Source: Nitrospirota bacterium
GTDB lineage: Bacteria; Nitrospirota; UBA9217
Length of the DNA stretch: 64,000 nucleotides
Direction: 5' to 3'
Assembly: GCA_963751455.1 (NCBI GenBank)
Contig: CAVVUN010000011.1
Span: forward strand, 33,361-97,360
Within the stretch, counting starts at the first letter, position 1. Each line of letters starts with the position of its first letter. Below, piece after piece: positions 38,960 to 48,722 of the stretch. The position numbers were made by a program, and so were the translations under genes. The notes under the pieces are model-generated. The model saw only the letters and a program-made list of their open reading frames with translations, made no database searches and was not told the origin of the DNA.

Positions 38960-40443
38960 GTCCACTTTTCAAAAAAAATCTTTTGGTAAATTTCATCGTT
39001 GCAAAAGCACTCCGGCTCCTTTGCTCGTTTGACAGTCCAGTGTGTTGGCGGTATCCGCATTACATCATCCCAGATTATTAACGGCTCAGTCTGCCCCCTC
39101 TCTGCAAGAACCGGGTCAGATCGCTTAATCAGTTCTGCGGCCATCAAAATACCAGCCAATACTGATTGATGCGCCAAGGGTACTGTGGCTACTCGGCCAA
39201 TGCCGGCAAGATCAAGACCTACCTGCCCACAAATAACTCCCGAATATACATCTTGAACTCGCTTCCCTTTCCAATCGGCAAGTTTCCCTGGTGAAAGACT
39301 TAAATGGGTTTCAACTATTTTGATTACATCCGCTTCAATAGGTTTTTCAGTTACCCATAAGGCAACAAGCTGATCATGTGGTAATCCTAATGCCTGTGCT
39401 GCGAGCTCCGTTTGGCTGAGGCTGGCTTTTTTCGGCTGATAAAGACACGCTAGGCATGCACCATCCCCGATAAACCTGTGCCAGGACGCGCCGAGCCCGT
39501 TGTCACTCGTCCAACCGTTTACGACAAGACGCGGGAGGAGAGCCTGCGCTGTTCTACGGCCATCGATATTGTCTACGGACACACAGATAGAAGGAAGATT
39601 TTCGATGCCATCATAGTTCTTGGCAAAGTCTTCGATTGAACAAGGCCACACTCTGTGTGATAGTTTTGTGTTTGATAGTTGTCGTGCGGCTAATTGCGTT
39701 TTACCGAGACCAACATCATTGCGAAAGGCAAGGCAATAACGCTGAAGATTTGATAACTCAAGATCTTCAGGATCGATAAGGTGGAGTTCACCTATGAGTC
39801 CGTCATGTTTTGACCAAGCCCATAATGCAGGATTTCCAACGGCACCGAGACCAGCAACGGCTACTTCACCGATATTTACCTCGGGTAAAGTATCATTCGC
39901 GCCTGATTCTGTACCGTAATCAAGAAGAGAAAGAGAGATATCTGGAATCGTTTGTGCTGATGGAGCTTTTTGCGAAAATATAGTCTGAAAGACTCGCCAT
40001 GCTGCCAATGCAGCCGCAGCACCAGAGCTATAAGGATTGAGCGGACCATTTGCTTTGGAGTTCATTCCGACGTAAGCCACCCACCCATGAGCACTTGCCG
40101 TAAAACCATTCTCACTCGGGACCGCTTCGCCAAGATACACATTTATTGTCGTATTCTCAAGATTTGTCTTGATTTCAATATCAGGGTTGATTGCTAGAGC
40201 AATCTTGGAGAGGTATTCACATGCTGCGGTGTGTCCAGAAATTGCTAGAGTAGGATATAGACGAGCCAGAAGGTTCGCCAACAATTCAGAAATCCATTTT
40301 TCGTTTCCCTCGGTGCTGCATGGTTCGCCAGCATAAATACCGACTACATGACCAGAGAGAATCTTTTCAAGTTCCTCACGAGTAATCCCGAGATGCGCAC
40401 CAAGTGCCGAATAGGTCCGTGAAAAAAAAGGGGCAAGCGCCAT
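38956..40443 (-). CDS. E1/ThiF adenylation enzyme (BilD-like)
   Basis: Inactive N-terminal domain, GLGAVG, DPE..ELSNLQRY, VSVDN..GR, CLACLY, candidate catalytic VICG and ECFC. Confidence 0.88.
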   Translation of the reverse strand: MALAPFFSRTYSALGAHLGITREELEKILSGHVVGIYAGEPCSTEGNEKWISELLANLLARLYPTLAISGHTAACEYLSKIALAINPDIEIKTNLENTTINVYLGEAVPSENGFTASAHGWVAYVGMNSKANGPLNPYSSGAAAALAAWRVFQTIFSQKAPSAQTIPDISLSLLDYGTESGANDTLPEVNIGEVAVAGLGAVGNPALWAWSKHDGLIGELHLIDPEDLELSNLQRYCLAFRNDVGLGKTQLAARQLSNTKLSHRVWPCSIEDFAKNYDGIENLPSICVSVDNIDGRRTAQALLPRLVVNGWTSDNGLGASWHRFIGDGACLACLYQPKKASLSQTELAAQALGLPHDQLVALWVTEKPIEADVIKIVETHLSLSPGKLADWKGKRVQDVYSGVICGQVGLDLAGIGRVATVPLAHQSVLAGILMAAELIKRSDPVLAERGQTEPLIIWDDVMRIPPTHWTVKRAKEPECFCNDEIYQKIFFEKWT

Positions 40444-41078
40444 CAGATAGCTCCCGCAGGAGCCCAATTGACTGTTGGATTAGGCGGCTGTAAAATCAAG
40501 TTGGGATTTGCATTCAAGACACAAGTTTTCCATATAGTATCAATAGTGGAAAACAAACCAACATGCTTTCTGTATTGCATCCAGTCGTCGCCTGTGTGTT
40601 GAGGATGCTCGTGATATTCGCGAATGCCACGCATACATAAGAAAGGTTTTTTGGTTATAGGATGACCGTCCAGAAGCACATTAAAGCCCTTTCCATTATC
40701 GCCAATATGGTGCCCGCGATGAAGCTGATTGTATGAAAGCTCCTGCCATGTGAATGGATCACAAAAGACGACAGAAGGAGCTCGCTGGTCAAAATCATCA
40801 AGAGAAATTCTGACGCCAAATGATCGCGCAGCGAGATTGGGAATCTCGAAGGTTGCCATTTGAATTTTTATACTCCCCGGAATGATCAGATTGCCGCTTG
40901 GAGGTTGCACAGGAAGAGTCAGTTTTAGGTAGCTGCGTGGTATAAATACTGTTTCTATGATAGGGAATTCAATTTTCTGAATGACCACACCGCGCTGCCG
41001 TAACGTTTCCGACTGATTGCGCGCGCGTTCAATTTCTTGGTCAAATTTAAGTCTTGATACGCGAACATCTATTCTCAT
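40443..41078 (-). CDS. Prokaryotic E2-like protein (BilB-like)
   Basis: DFDQRAPSV.F.DP and HP.T.KPFLCMRG.REYH.HP.H motifs; ATGA coupling to E1. Confidence 0.8.
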   Translation of the reverse strand: MRIDVRVSRLKFDQEIERARNQSETLRQRGVVIQKIEFPIIETVFIPRSYLKLTLPVQPPSGNLIIPGSIKIQMATFEIPNLAARSFGVRISLDDFDQRAPSVVFCDPFTWQELSYNQLHRGHHIGDNGKGFNVLLDGHPITKKPFLCMRGIREYHEHPQHTGDDWMQYRKHVGLFSTIDTIWKTCVLNANPNLILQPPNPTVNWAPAGAI

Positions 41079-41341
41079 TCTTTCCCGCCAGCTCCAACCC
41101 TGAGATTAAGGAATAGACGAGTTCCATCAGTAAGGCCGAGTTCCTCAATTTTTTTGTCTGGGTCAAGAGGCTTACCCGCAGCGTTATGTATTTCCCATTC
41201 ATCCATAGGGCGCCCGGTATTATTACTGTCGGCTAAAGCGCGATTCCGGGCCTCCTTAAGCGGGCTGTGTAGGTTGGCTTCAACCCGAACGTCTACACCG
41301 TTTACAATGAATATTAACGTAATTGAATTTTTAGACGACAT
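41075..41341 (-). CDS. Ubiquitin-like protein (DUF2604/BilA-like)
   Basis: Beta-grasp pattern IVNG...WEI..AG..LD....GL.DG..LFL.L..GAGG-KE. Confidence 0.85.
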   Translation of the reverse strand: MSSKNSITLIFIVNGVDVRVEANLHSPLKEARNRALADSNNTGRPMDEWEIHNAAGKPLDPDKKIEELGLTDGTRLFLNLRVGAGGKE

Positions 41342-41360
41342 GGTGCCTCCATTTAGATGA

Positions 41361-41888
41361 TTAAATCTTTATTGAAATTCCCTTTTTATTGGAGTCGGTG
41401 GTATCTGGTTTTTCTTCAATTATAAATGTAGTTTTAACTTCTCTCGCTGATAACTTTTCCCATGACCCTTTGACTAGCCGATATGTGGCCCAATTATATA
41501 AGTCCGAAGGCCCAAAACCAAAATCCGGAACCACTATTGAAAAGCCACCTTCTGCCGTGACAATGCAATATCTGTCATCTGCACTCGAATGGTATGCTCG
41601 GCCTGGGTGACTGTGAACTTGAGCTAGCAATCGTAATCCGGTGCTTGATAATAATTTATTTAAGCTGAAAAGGGTTTCAGATGTTACGAAATATCCAACA
41701 CCATCTTCGCTTTTTATAGAATCTTGAGGAGGAACCAAAATTTTTGTTACATGGCTAGTTTGAACATTATCAATGTTTCCAAGCCACAATACTAGTCCCT
41801 CGCACTGCTGTTCACCAAACTCTCGAAGGCACTCACTCGTTTCGTTTAAAATATTATAGGGAATATATACTTTTTCAATTTGCTTCAT
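41361..41888 (-). CDS. JAB/JAMM peptidase (BilC-like)
   Basis: EGLVLWLG and QVHSHP..AYHS..DD motifs. Confidence 0.88.
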   Translation of the reverse strand: MKQIEKVYIPYNILNETSECLREFGEQQCEGLVLWLGNIDNVQTSHVTKILVPPQDSIKSEDGVGYFVTSETLFSLNKLLSSTGLRLLAQVHSHPGRAYHSSADDRYCIVTAEGGFSIVVPDFGFGPSDLYNWATYRLVKGSWEKLSAREVKTTFIIEEKPDTTDSNKKGISIKI

Positions 41889-42416
41889 TTTATCGTTAGG
41901 CAGGCAGCAATTACTACACTTGCTGTTTCCCCCTACTCTGAGAAAAATTTGAATTTGTTGTTGGCGACCTTTTTTTGCCGTATTCAGCCCTCTTTCCAGA
42001 TGAACTGATTTTACTACTATGTCATGATAGTTTCGATTTGTCAACAAGTTACCTGATCTTTCTCGGTTTTCCTATATATCATTTTAGAATGGAAGGTTTC
42101 AATTTTCTAAATGTTTCAATTTGTATTTCGCAGCTTTTTCTCCTGGCATTATTGAGCAGTTGTAGGCGAAGTCAACAGGACAGCAGTAGTAAACCCATTC
42201 CGTACTCCCTGCCGATTTGCTTCGACTTTGTAGGACAACCACTTACAAAGAAATAGGCATCCGTCCCATTTTCTTTTTTGTCAAACTTAGGTATACTCTC
42301 AATTGCCGCTCGGAAATCCTTGTTCTCCTTGTCAAACCAGGCTGCATTACTCTTTTTTAACCGGGGACGGGGACATGTTCTCCTCCAGGAGCAGGCCGCA
42401 ACAGGAGAGATACGAG

Positions 42417-44678
42417 ATGACACTTGTTGACAAAAGAATCATCTTCACGTCAATAGCTCTTACAGTAGCTGTCTTCATAGTCAACGTCCTTACTCCCATT
42501 GGATTTGCAACCTGGCTGCTCTACATTATTCCGATGCTGGTCGCTGCTCCCGTAGTTAATAATCGCCTGCTGCATCTTCTTCCTGTTGCCGGCAGCCTCC
42601 TTATCATCGCAAGTTACTTTGTATCTCCTCCCGGCGGCGATCTCTTTCGTGCGATTATCAACAGATCCATGGGTATCCTGACCCTCTGGGCCATTTCCTT
42701 CATTGTCATGAGAAGAAAACAGGCAGAGGATGCGGTTCAGCAGCATTCAGCGGAAATCCAGGCGGCCAATGAGCAGCTTAAGCAGAAGAATGCGGAACTC
42801 GCCCGCGCAGGGCAGGATATCCGCCAATCCCAACAGCAGCTTATCAACATCATCGATTTTTTCCCGGACCCGATATTTGTGGTCGATAACGATAAGAAGG
42901 TAATTATCTGGAACAGCGCTATCGAGGCAATGACCGGGTTGAGCAAGGAGGAAATGATCGGCAGGGGCGACCACGCTTATTCAGTTCCTTTTTACGGGAA
43001 ACAAAGGAAACAGCTCATCGATCTTTTTGACGAAAACGATGACGGTCTTTCCGCACGGTACCAGGATGTTCAGAGAAAAAACGGAATTCTGTACGCCGAG
43101 GCCTTTTGCCCGGCGCTTTACAAAGGAAAAGGCGCTTATGTCTGGGCGTCGGTTGCGCCGCTCTATAATCCGGACGGAAAGCGCGTAGGCGCGATCGAAT
43201 CGATACGCGATACCACGGACCGAAAACAGGCGGAGGAAGCTCTCAGAAAGAGCGAAGCCCGTTTCCGCGGCTACTTTAACCTGCCGCTTGTCGGCATTGC
43301 CGTTACTGCCCCGGACAAGCGCTGGATCGAAGTGAACGACCGGCTTCGGGAAATGCTCGGATACTCCCGTGAGGAGCTTGCGGTGCTGACGTGGGCCGAT
43401 TTGACGCATCCGGAGGATCTGGCTGCGGATGTGGCGCAGTTCAACAAATTGCTCGCCGGAAAAATAGAGAGTTATACCCTGGAGAAGCGTTTCATACGAA
43501 AGAACGGAACAGTTCTCTGGACCACGCTTGGCGTGGGGTGCGTCCGGAGAAGCGACGGTTCTCCTGATTACATCGTCGCGCTTCTGAACGACGTCACCAT
43601 GGGAAAGCTGGCCGAGACAGAGCGCGATCTTCTTTCAGCAGCGGTCGCGTCCTCTTCGGATGCTATTGTTATAACCGACAGACCCCAGGGTACGATTCTC
43701 TACGTCAATAACGCGTTCGAACAGCTTACGGGATACGAAAAGCACGAAGTAATAGGGGAGAGCCTGCAGATTCTCGACAGCGGAAAACATGACGATAAGT
43801 TCTATCTCGATCTCCGGAAGTCCCTTACCCAGCACGGAGTTTGGTCCGGACAGATGATCAATAAGAAGAAAGACGGCACGACCTATTACGAAGCCTGCAC
43901 GTACTTCACGGTAAAGGGTAAGAACCGCGAAAGTATCAATTACGTCGCAGTCAAGCGGGACATAACGGAAAAGCTGAGACTCGAGGCGATAGCGGAATCA
44001 GTCAATGCAATGGAAAACATCGGTTATATCTTTTCCGGGATAAGGCACGAGATTGGAAACCCGATCACCACCCTGAAGATGGTCCTCACCCTCCTCGAGG
44101 GGAAGCTTGAGACAGCCCCGAAGGAAACCATCAAACAGTACTTAAGCCAGGCCGTGGAGCATGTATCGCGCGTGGAGTACCTCCTGAGATCGCTGAAGAG
44201 CTTCAATATGTACGAGTCGCTGGAGTTCCGTGGCGTGGTCGTCAGTTCATTTGTCGAAAAGTTTTTATCGCTTGTGTCGGAGGATTTTAAAAGCAAGGGA
44301 ATCGAGATCAGGCAAACCGTTTCCTGCAACGGCGATAAAGTGTACGCCGACTCCCGCGCTCTGCAGCAGATCCTGCTGAACATTTTTACGAATGCGGCAG
44401 ACGCTTTGGAAGGTCGTGATAAGCCGCAGATCGACCTTCGGGTATCGAGCGACGACGGAATGGTCAGATTTGCCATAACGGACAACGGCTGCGGAATGAC
44501 CGGGGAACAGCAGAAGAACCTTTTCAGGCCGCTCTTCACGAACAAGAAGCATGGAACCGGCCTCGGCATGGTGATCGTCAAAAAGATGATCACGAGCATG
44601 AACGGCGTTGTCGAGGTCCAGAGCAAGCAGGGGGAAGGCACAACCGTTGAGCTGCTGATTCCCAAAGAGGGGGCATAA
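42417..44678 (+). CDS. Membrane multi-PAS sensor histidine kinase
   Basis: TM helices, three PAS domains, HEIGNP, N-box NAADA, DNGCGM and GTGLG motifs. Confidence 0.93.
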   Translation: MTLVDKRIIFTSIALTVAVFIVNVLTPIGFATWLLYIIPMLVAAPVVNNRLLHLLPVAGSLLIIASYFVSPPGGDLFRAIINRSMGILTLWAISFIVMRRKQAEDAVQQHSAEIQAANEQLKQKNAELARAGQDIRQSQQQLINIIDFFPDPIFVVDNDKKVIIWNSAIEAMTGLSKEEMIGRGDHAYSVPFYGKQRKQLIDLFDENDDGLSARYQDVQRKNGILYAEAFCPALYKGKGAYVWASVAPLYNPDGKRVGAIESIRDTTDRKQAEEALRKSEARFRGYFNLPLVGIAVTAPDKRWIEVNDRLREMLGYSREELAVLTWADLTHPEDLAADVAQFNKLLAGKIESYTLEKRFIRKNGTVLWTTLGVGCVRRSDGSPDYIVALLNDVTMGKLAETERDLLSAAVASSSDAIVITDRPQGTILYVNNAFEQLTGYEKHEVIGESLQILDSGKHDDKFYLDLRKSLTQHGVWSGQMINKKKDGTTYYEACTYFTVKGKNRESINYVAVKRDITEKLRLEAIAESVNAMENIGYIFSGIRHEIGNPITTLKMVLTLLEGKLETAPKETIKQYLSQAVEHVSRVEYLLRSLKSFNMYESLEFRGVVVSSFVEKFLSLVSEDFKSKGIEIRQTVSCNGDKVYADSRALQQILLNIFTNAADALEGRDKPQIDLRVSSDDGMVRFAITDNGCGMTGEQQKNLFRPLFTNKKHGTGLGMVIVKKMITSMNGVVEVQSKQGEGTTVELLIPKEGA

Positions 44679-44709
44679 ACGATTCGGGGCAAATGACCGC
44701 AACCACAAT

Positions 44710-44878
44710 GAACCTGAAAAAAGCAGTTGGACACGGATAAAATCTGATCAACACGGATTTATAGGAAGTTACGAACAGTAATGGATTCACCCAAAAGGCG
44801 AGATGGCTTTTTGCTCTATCACATTGTTTTGATCCGCTGTTTCCGTGTTCATCCGTGTTCAAATGCCGTTTTTAGGAT
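44710..44878. repeat. CACGGAT-repeat palindromic element, same end family as 10188-10541
   Basis: AACCTGAAAAAAGCAGTTGGACACGGAT ... ATCCGTGTTCAAATGCCGTTTTTAGGAT. Confidence 0.65.
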
Positions 44879-44983
44879 GAAAGGCTTTTTGCCGCAAGGA
44901 TGCGCAAAATGCGCAGAATAAAACGGCCTCTTTGAGGTTTTCTTGCGCTTCCTGCGCATTTTTGCGGCTGGATTACATCTTAG

Positions 44984-45113
44984 CAGGCTGTTGAAAAACC
45001 ATCCGCTCACCCTTCGACAGGCTCAGGGCGAACGGAGGTAGCCTTGAAATCATTTGTTTTATCCGTTCATGGTGAGCCTGTCAAACCACTCAAACAACTT
45101 TTTCAACAGCCTG
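44984..45113. mobile_element. MITE with CAGGCTGTTGAAAAA ends carrying a REP-like unit
   Basis: 15-bp terminal IR; the internal CCCTTCGACAGGCTCAGGGCGAACGG is repeated at ~45173-45248. Confidence 0.7.
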
Positions 45114-45263
45114 TAAGAGGGGCACAAAAAGCAACTAGCAAGCTGTGATGGTTTCGTAAAAAGTCAACTTGGCCCTTCGACAGGCTCAGGGCGAACGGTG
45201 TAAGCTATTGATATTCCGTTCGTGCTGAGCTTGTCGAAGCATGAACGGGATTAGCGGACGAGG

Positions 45264-46169
45264 TTATTGAACCGTTCCGTTTGAAGTATTGAGCTTATTG
45301 ATCAGCGCCTGCATATCGGCGACGGTCAGGCCGGATCTGTTTACAGCCGTATTCATCATGAATGTGGTCATTGCGCTCGCGAGCCCGCTGGTCCCGGCCG
45401 TGGCCTGCATATTGCCGCCGCCCATCATGCCGCCCATCCCGTTCATTGAAACCGGCGTACCCCCCATCATTCCGTTCATAACTCCATCCGAGGCGTCATT
45501 CATCATTGCCGTTACCATGCCTGATGAATTGGGCATTCCGAGCGATCTTGCCTGCTCCGACATCGCTGCTATGGCCATTCCGTAATTTCTCATGTCCTGA
45601 TTGGCCCCCGCTCCTGACCCGGGGGTCAGCGGGTCCATCGGCTGCGTATGAAGGATGTCGCTCACCACGAAATAGTTTCCTACAGCAGTGTTCGCCGCAG
45701 TGCTGTTCGTGGTGGTCATGCCGCCTGCCATGTTGCTTGCCATTGTCTGGGCCATGGACGTAAGGGGGGTCATCTTGATTCCGGTTACTGAACCGCTGCC
45801 CGGGATCGACGGAACGACCGCAGTAATCACATCGCTCGCTCCCATTGTCATCACTGCCCCTGTTGCCTCGTCCGTATAGGAGCCGCCGCTCAGCTCAAGC
45901 ATGAGCGGACCCGAATAGGAGCCTATGGACATGCTGAAATTGCCCAGTGTGTCGGTCGTTGCGCTTGCCAGCTGATTGCTTTTGATTCCATTGTTCACGG
46001 CAAATGCCGTTACTGCGCCGTTGTTCACAGGTCCCTTGATCGCTGCCCCGCTGATCGTCCCTGCGGTGACAAAAGGAGTCGTACCATTGCCTCCTCCACC
46101 GCACCCGAAAAGCAGGAACAGGGAACCAATCAGCAGCGAAATAGCGATACCAGTCTTTCTTCTCTTCAT
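45264..46169 (-). CDS. Lipoprotein with Met/Gly-rich C-terminal region
   Basis: LFGCGGGG lipobox, KGPV..GG.YTDEATG pattern and MNGMMGG..MGGMMGG; GAGGAGG RBS. Confidence 0.75.
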   Translation of the reverse strand: MKRRKTGIAISLLIGSLFLLFGCGGGGNGTTPFVTAGTISGAAIKGPVNNGAVTAFAVNNGIKSNQLASATTDTLGNFSMSIGSYSGPLMLELSGGSYTDEATGAVMTMGASDVITAVVPSIPGSGSVTGIKMTPLTSMAQTMASNMAGGMTTTNSTAANTAVGNYFVVSDILHTQPMDPLTPGSGAGANQDMRNYGMAIAAMSEQARSLGMPNSSGMVTAMMNDASDGVMNGMMGGTPVSMNGMGGMMGGGNMQATAGTSGLASAMTTFMMNTAVNRSGLTVADMQALINKLNTSNGTVQ

Positions 46170-46582
46170 GTTAGCCTCCTCATAGCTGTATTCGTACCCA
46201 TCTGACGAAAAACCCGGATCATAGCCGAAGCCCACCGCGCTGTTCTTCAGCTCGAGAAACGCGCCCTGTTTCTCATTCTTTATCCTTCTTAATTCAAAGG
46301 CAGTTATTTTGCTTATTCCTAATATTGCTGTCAACAGCTCTCTTGTCAAGCCCTTGTCAATCTTTAGTCAGGAAGGAATTTTCCATATTAGAGGCGCTTA
46401 GTGCACAAATCCCTGGAGCCGGGGTTAAATCGCCTCTTACTGATATTTTACTATAATTAAAATACAGTATGAATACTGTCGATGAATCACGTAAATATCG
46501 ATTCTATTAATGAGACCATCACGAGTGAAATCGAGTGATCTCAAATTATGGGACTCAAAAGAAATGTAATAATCGCCGTTGT

Positions 46583-46817
46583 TAAGTGGACCCCTCTGTC
46601 AAGACAATAAAGGGGTGAGATTAAGATGGTAACCGACCAAGCCGCAGCTGCATGGCGCTGCCCCGGTTTCTACCTCTCCCTGAGGTTCTTTTCGCTCTTT
46701 GAATTTATCCACAATCCTTGCTCCACCGCCGTTCGCTGTTCGATAGATCACATCCGGTGTGCTGTAGTCCAATGATTGATGTGTTCTTTCCGTGTTGTAG
46801 AACATAAAGTATTTCGT
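46583..46817 (-). mobile_element. IS3-family 3' remnant
   Basis: FYNTERTHQSLDYSTP..Y integrase-core tail and terminal ...GGGGTCCACTTA. Confidence 0.75.
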
Positions 46818-46858
46818 CAGCCCCCGATCGGCGCATAAATGTCCGCACTCTTGAAAAG

Positions 46859-47629
46859 ATGAAGCTGGAAGGCAGCCTGCAGCAGACGCTCGAGCGCGGA
46901 GAACTGCTGGTGTACTATCAGCCCCAGCTTGATATGAAAACCGGAAAGATCCTGAATGTCGAGGCGCTGGTCCGCTGGAACCATCCCGAGTTGGGTCTGC
47001 TCGAGCCGAGCCGGTTTCTCTATGCAGCGGAAGAATCCGGCTTTATCATCGCAATTGACAGCTGGGTGCTCAAGACCGCCTGTTCCCGGATAAAGTCCCG
47101 GCTCGATGCAGGCCTGGCCCCGGTCGGTGCTACCGTGAATCTCTCCGCCAGGCACTTTCGGGACCCCGGACTCGCTGATAAGATATCGGAAATACTGCAG
47201 CAGACCGGATTGCCGGCGAAATACCTCGACGTGGAGATCACGGAGACAGTAGTCATGAGCAATATCGAACGCACCATCGCCCGGCTGAACGAGCTGGTCG
47301 CGCTCGGAGTCCATGTTTCCATCGATGATTTCGGGACAGGCTTTTCATCGCTCAATTACCTGAAACGCTTGCCGATTCAAAAGCTCAAAATAGACCAGTC
47401 GTTTGTCAGGGATATCGCGACAGACCGCGATGACCGGGCGATCATCAACGCGGTCACCGCGATGGCGCATAATATGGAGATACGGGTGCTTGCGGAAGGT
47501 GTGGAGACAGCGGAACAGACGGAGTTTCTCCGCGAGGCCGATTGCGATGAAATGCAGGGATTTGCGGTAAGCAGGCCGCTTTCCTGGGATGGATTCGAGG
47601 CGTTCATGAGAGAAAGCGTGAAATACTAG
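46859..47629 (+). CDS. EAL phosphodiesterase domain (probably a 5'-truncated GGDEF-EAL gene)
   Basis: YQPQ, EALVRW, EITE, DDFGTG, KIDQSF, EGVE and QGF motifs; abuts the IS3 remnant. Confidence 0.85.
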   Translation: MKLEGSLQQTLERGELLVYYQPQLDMKTGKILNVEALVRWNHPELGLLEPSRFLYAAEESGFIIAIDSWVLKTACSRIKSRLDAGLAPVGATVNLSARHFRDPGLADKISEILQQTGLPAKYLDVEITETVVMSNIERTIARLNELVALGVHVSIDDFGTGFSSLNYLKRLPIQKLKIDQSFVRDIATDRDDRAIINAVTAMAHNMEIRVLAEGVETAEQTEFLREADCDEMQGFAVSRPLSWDGFEAFMRESVKY

Positions 47630-47729
47630 ATGGAATATTTTGAATCGAAAACGTGCCTTGTGTAAAAGCAGTATTCATGTTTAAAGAGAAGCGCCGCCCT
47701 CGATCTCATCGAGGGCAGCCCTCCAACGT

Positions 47730-48431
47730 TTAATTTGCGAGAGACGTTCCGACAAAATGGCAAACGATACAGAAGCCGGTTCCCATGCGCGCTGCCTGAG
47801 CGCCGGAAGAGCCCCCGTGCACAGCGTGACAGCCCTGGCACGCCTTTCCAACGAACAGGTAATTGAACGGCTGAAACACCCCCATGGTCACGATCGCTTC
47901 TTTATGACAGGTGAAGCAGATGTGCGCTTTCATGGTAATGAGCATTTCAGATTTGCCCTTATGCCCTGAATGGCAATCCAGGCACGCGATCTGCCGTTTC
48001 TTTCCCTGAAACCCTACGCTCATGAACACTGAGTGCTTGTCGTCGGGATTGATCGCGCTCTTGCCCAGTATGGCCTGGTTAAAATGACATTTGCCGCAAG
48101 TCGTGTTCTGTTCCGTCTTGTCCAGTTTTGCCGGGTTCCCGGGCTTGACGTTGGAATCGGCTACATGACCCGCGATATTGTCATGGCACGCGCCGCATCC
48201 GCGCAGTTCCTTGACCGGAACGACTGCCATGTAGTCCTCGCTCGAATGTCTTGTCTTCATCCAGGAATCGTACTCAGCCTGGTGGCAGGACTGGCATACT
48301 GATGCCGGCGGGGCCTCCTGTGAAGGCCGATAGGATTCGATAGGAGTGGATTCCCAGGTTCTGGCGGCGCAACCGGCTATGAAAAGAAAGAGGATGAGGA
48401 TTGGAAATGCAGCAGGACGCTGTTTTTTCAT
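47730..48431 (-). CDS. Heptaheme c-type cytochrome lipoprotein
   Basis: Lipobox IAGC and 7 CxxCH motifs. Confidence 0.88.
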   Translation of the reverse strand: MKKQRPAAFPILILFLFIAGCAARTWESTPIESYRPSQEAPPASVCQSCHQAEYDSWMKTRHSSEDYMAVVPVKELRGCGACHDNIAGHVADSNVKPGNPAKLDKTEQNTTCGKCHFNQAILGKSAINPDDKHSVFMSVGFQGKKRQIACLDCHSGHKGKSEMLITMKAHICFTCHKEAIVTMGVFQPFNYLFVGKACQGCHAVHGGSSGAQAARMGTGFCIVCHFVGTSLAN

Positions 48432-48722
48432 TGTACTAGACCCCCTTTGTCAAAAGTTATGTCGGCGAAGTGTATAACAAAGCAAAAATTATTGCAAGCC
48501 CCGGGTTCTGCTTCTCTGCAATTCAGACAGTGTGAAGCGAAGGCAACATGGCCACGAGAGTTTTTCCATAAGTCGGGTTTTGCCAGGCTGTGAGGGTAAA
48601 TACATTCAGGATTTTTAACGTAGAAGGAAACTGTCATCTGATAAGGAGAACAAAGCCTCTTCATCAGAGCTGCCGGCTGTGTCAAGGAGTAACAGGGGTA
48701 CGTGGGAGATACATCAATGATG

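Noticed and set aside
38956-41888. CBASS type II or ThiF/MoeB cofactor pathway
   Set aside because: No CD-NTase or Cap effector is present, E1 and E2 are separate genes with a free Ubl, and there are no thiamine or molybdopterin genes.
41889-42047. N-terminal extension of JAB in the 228-aa ORF call
   Set aside because: It overlaps a TTGACA-17-CATAGT promoter-like sequence; MKQIEKV at 41888 is the more plausible start.
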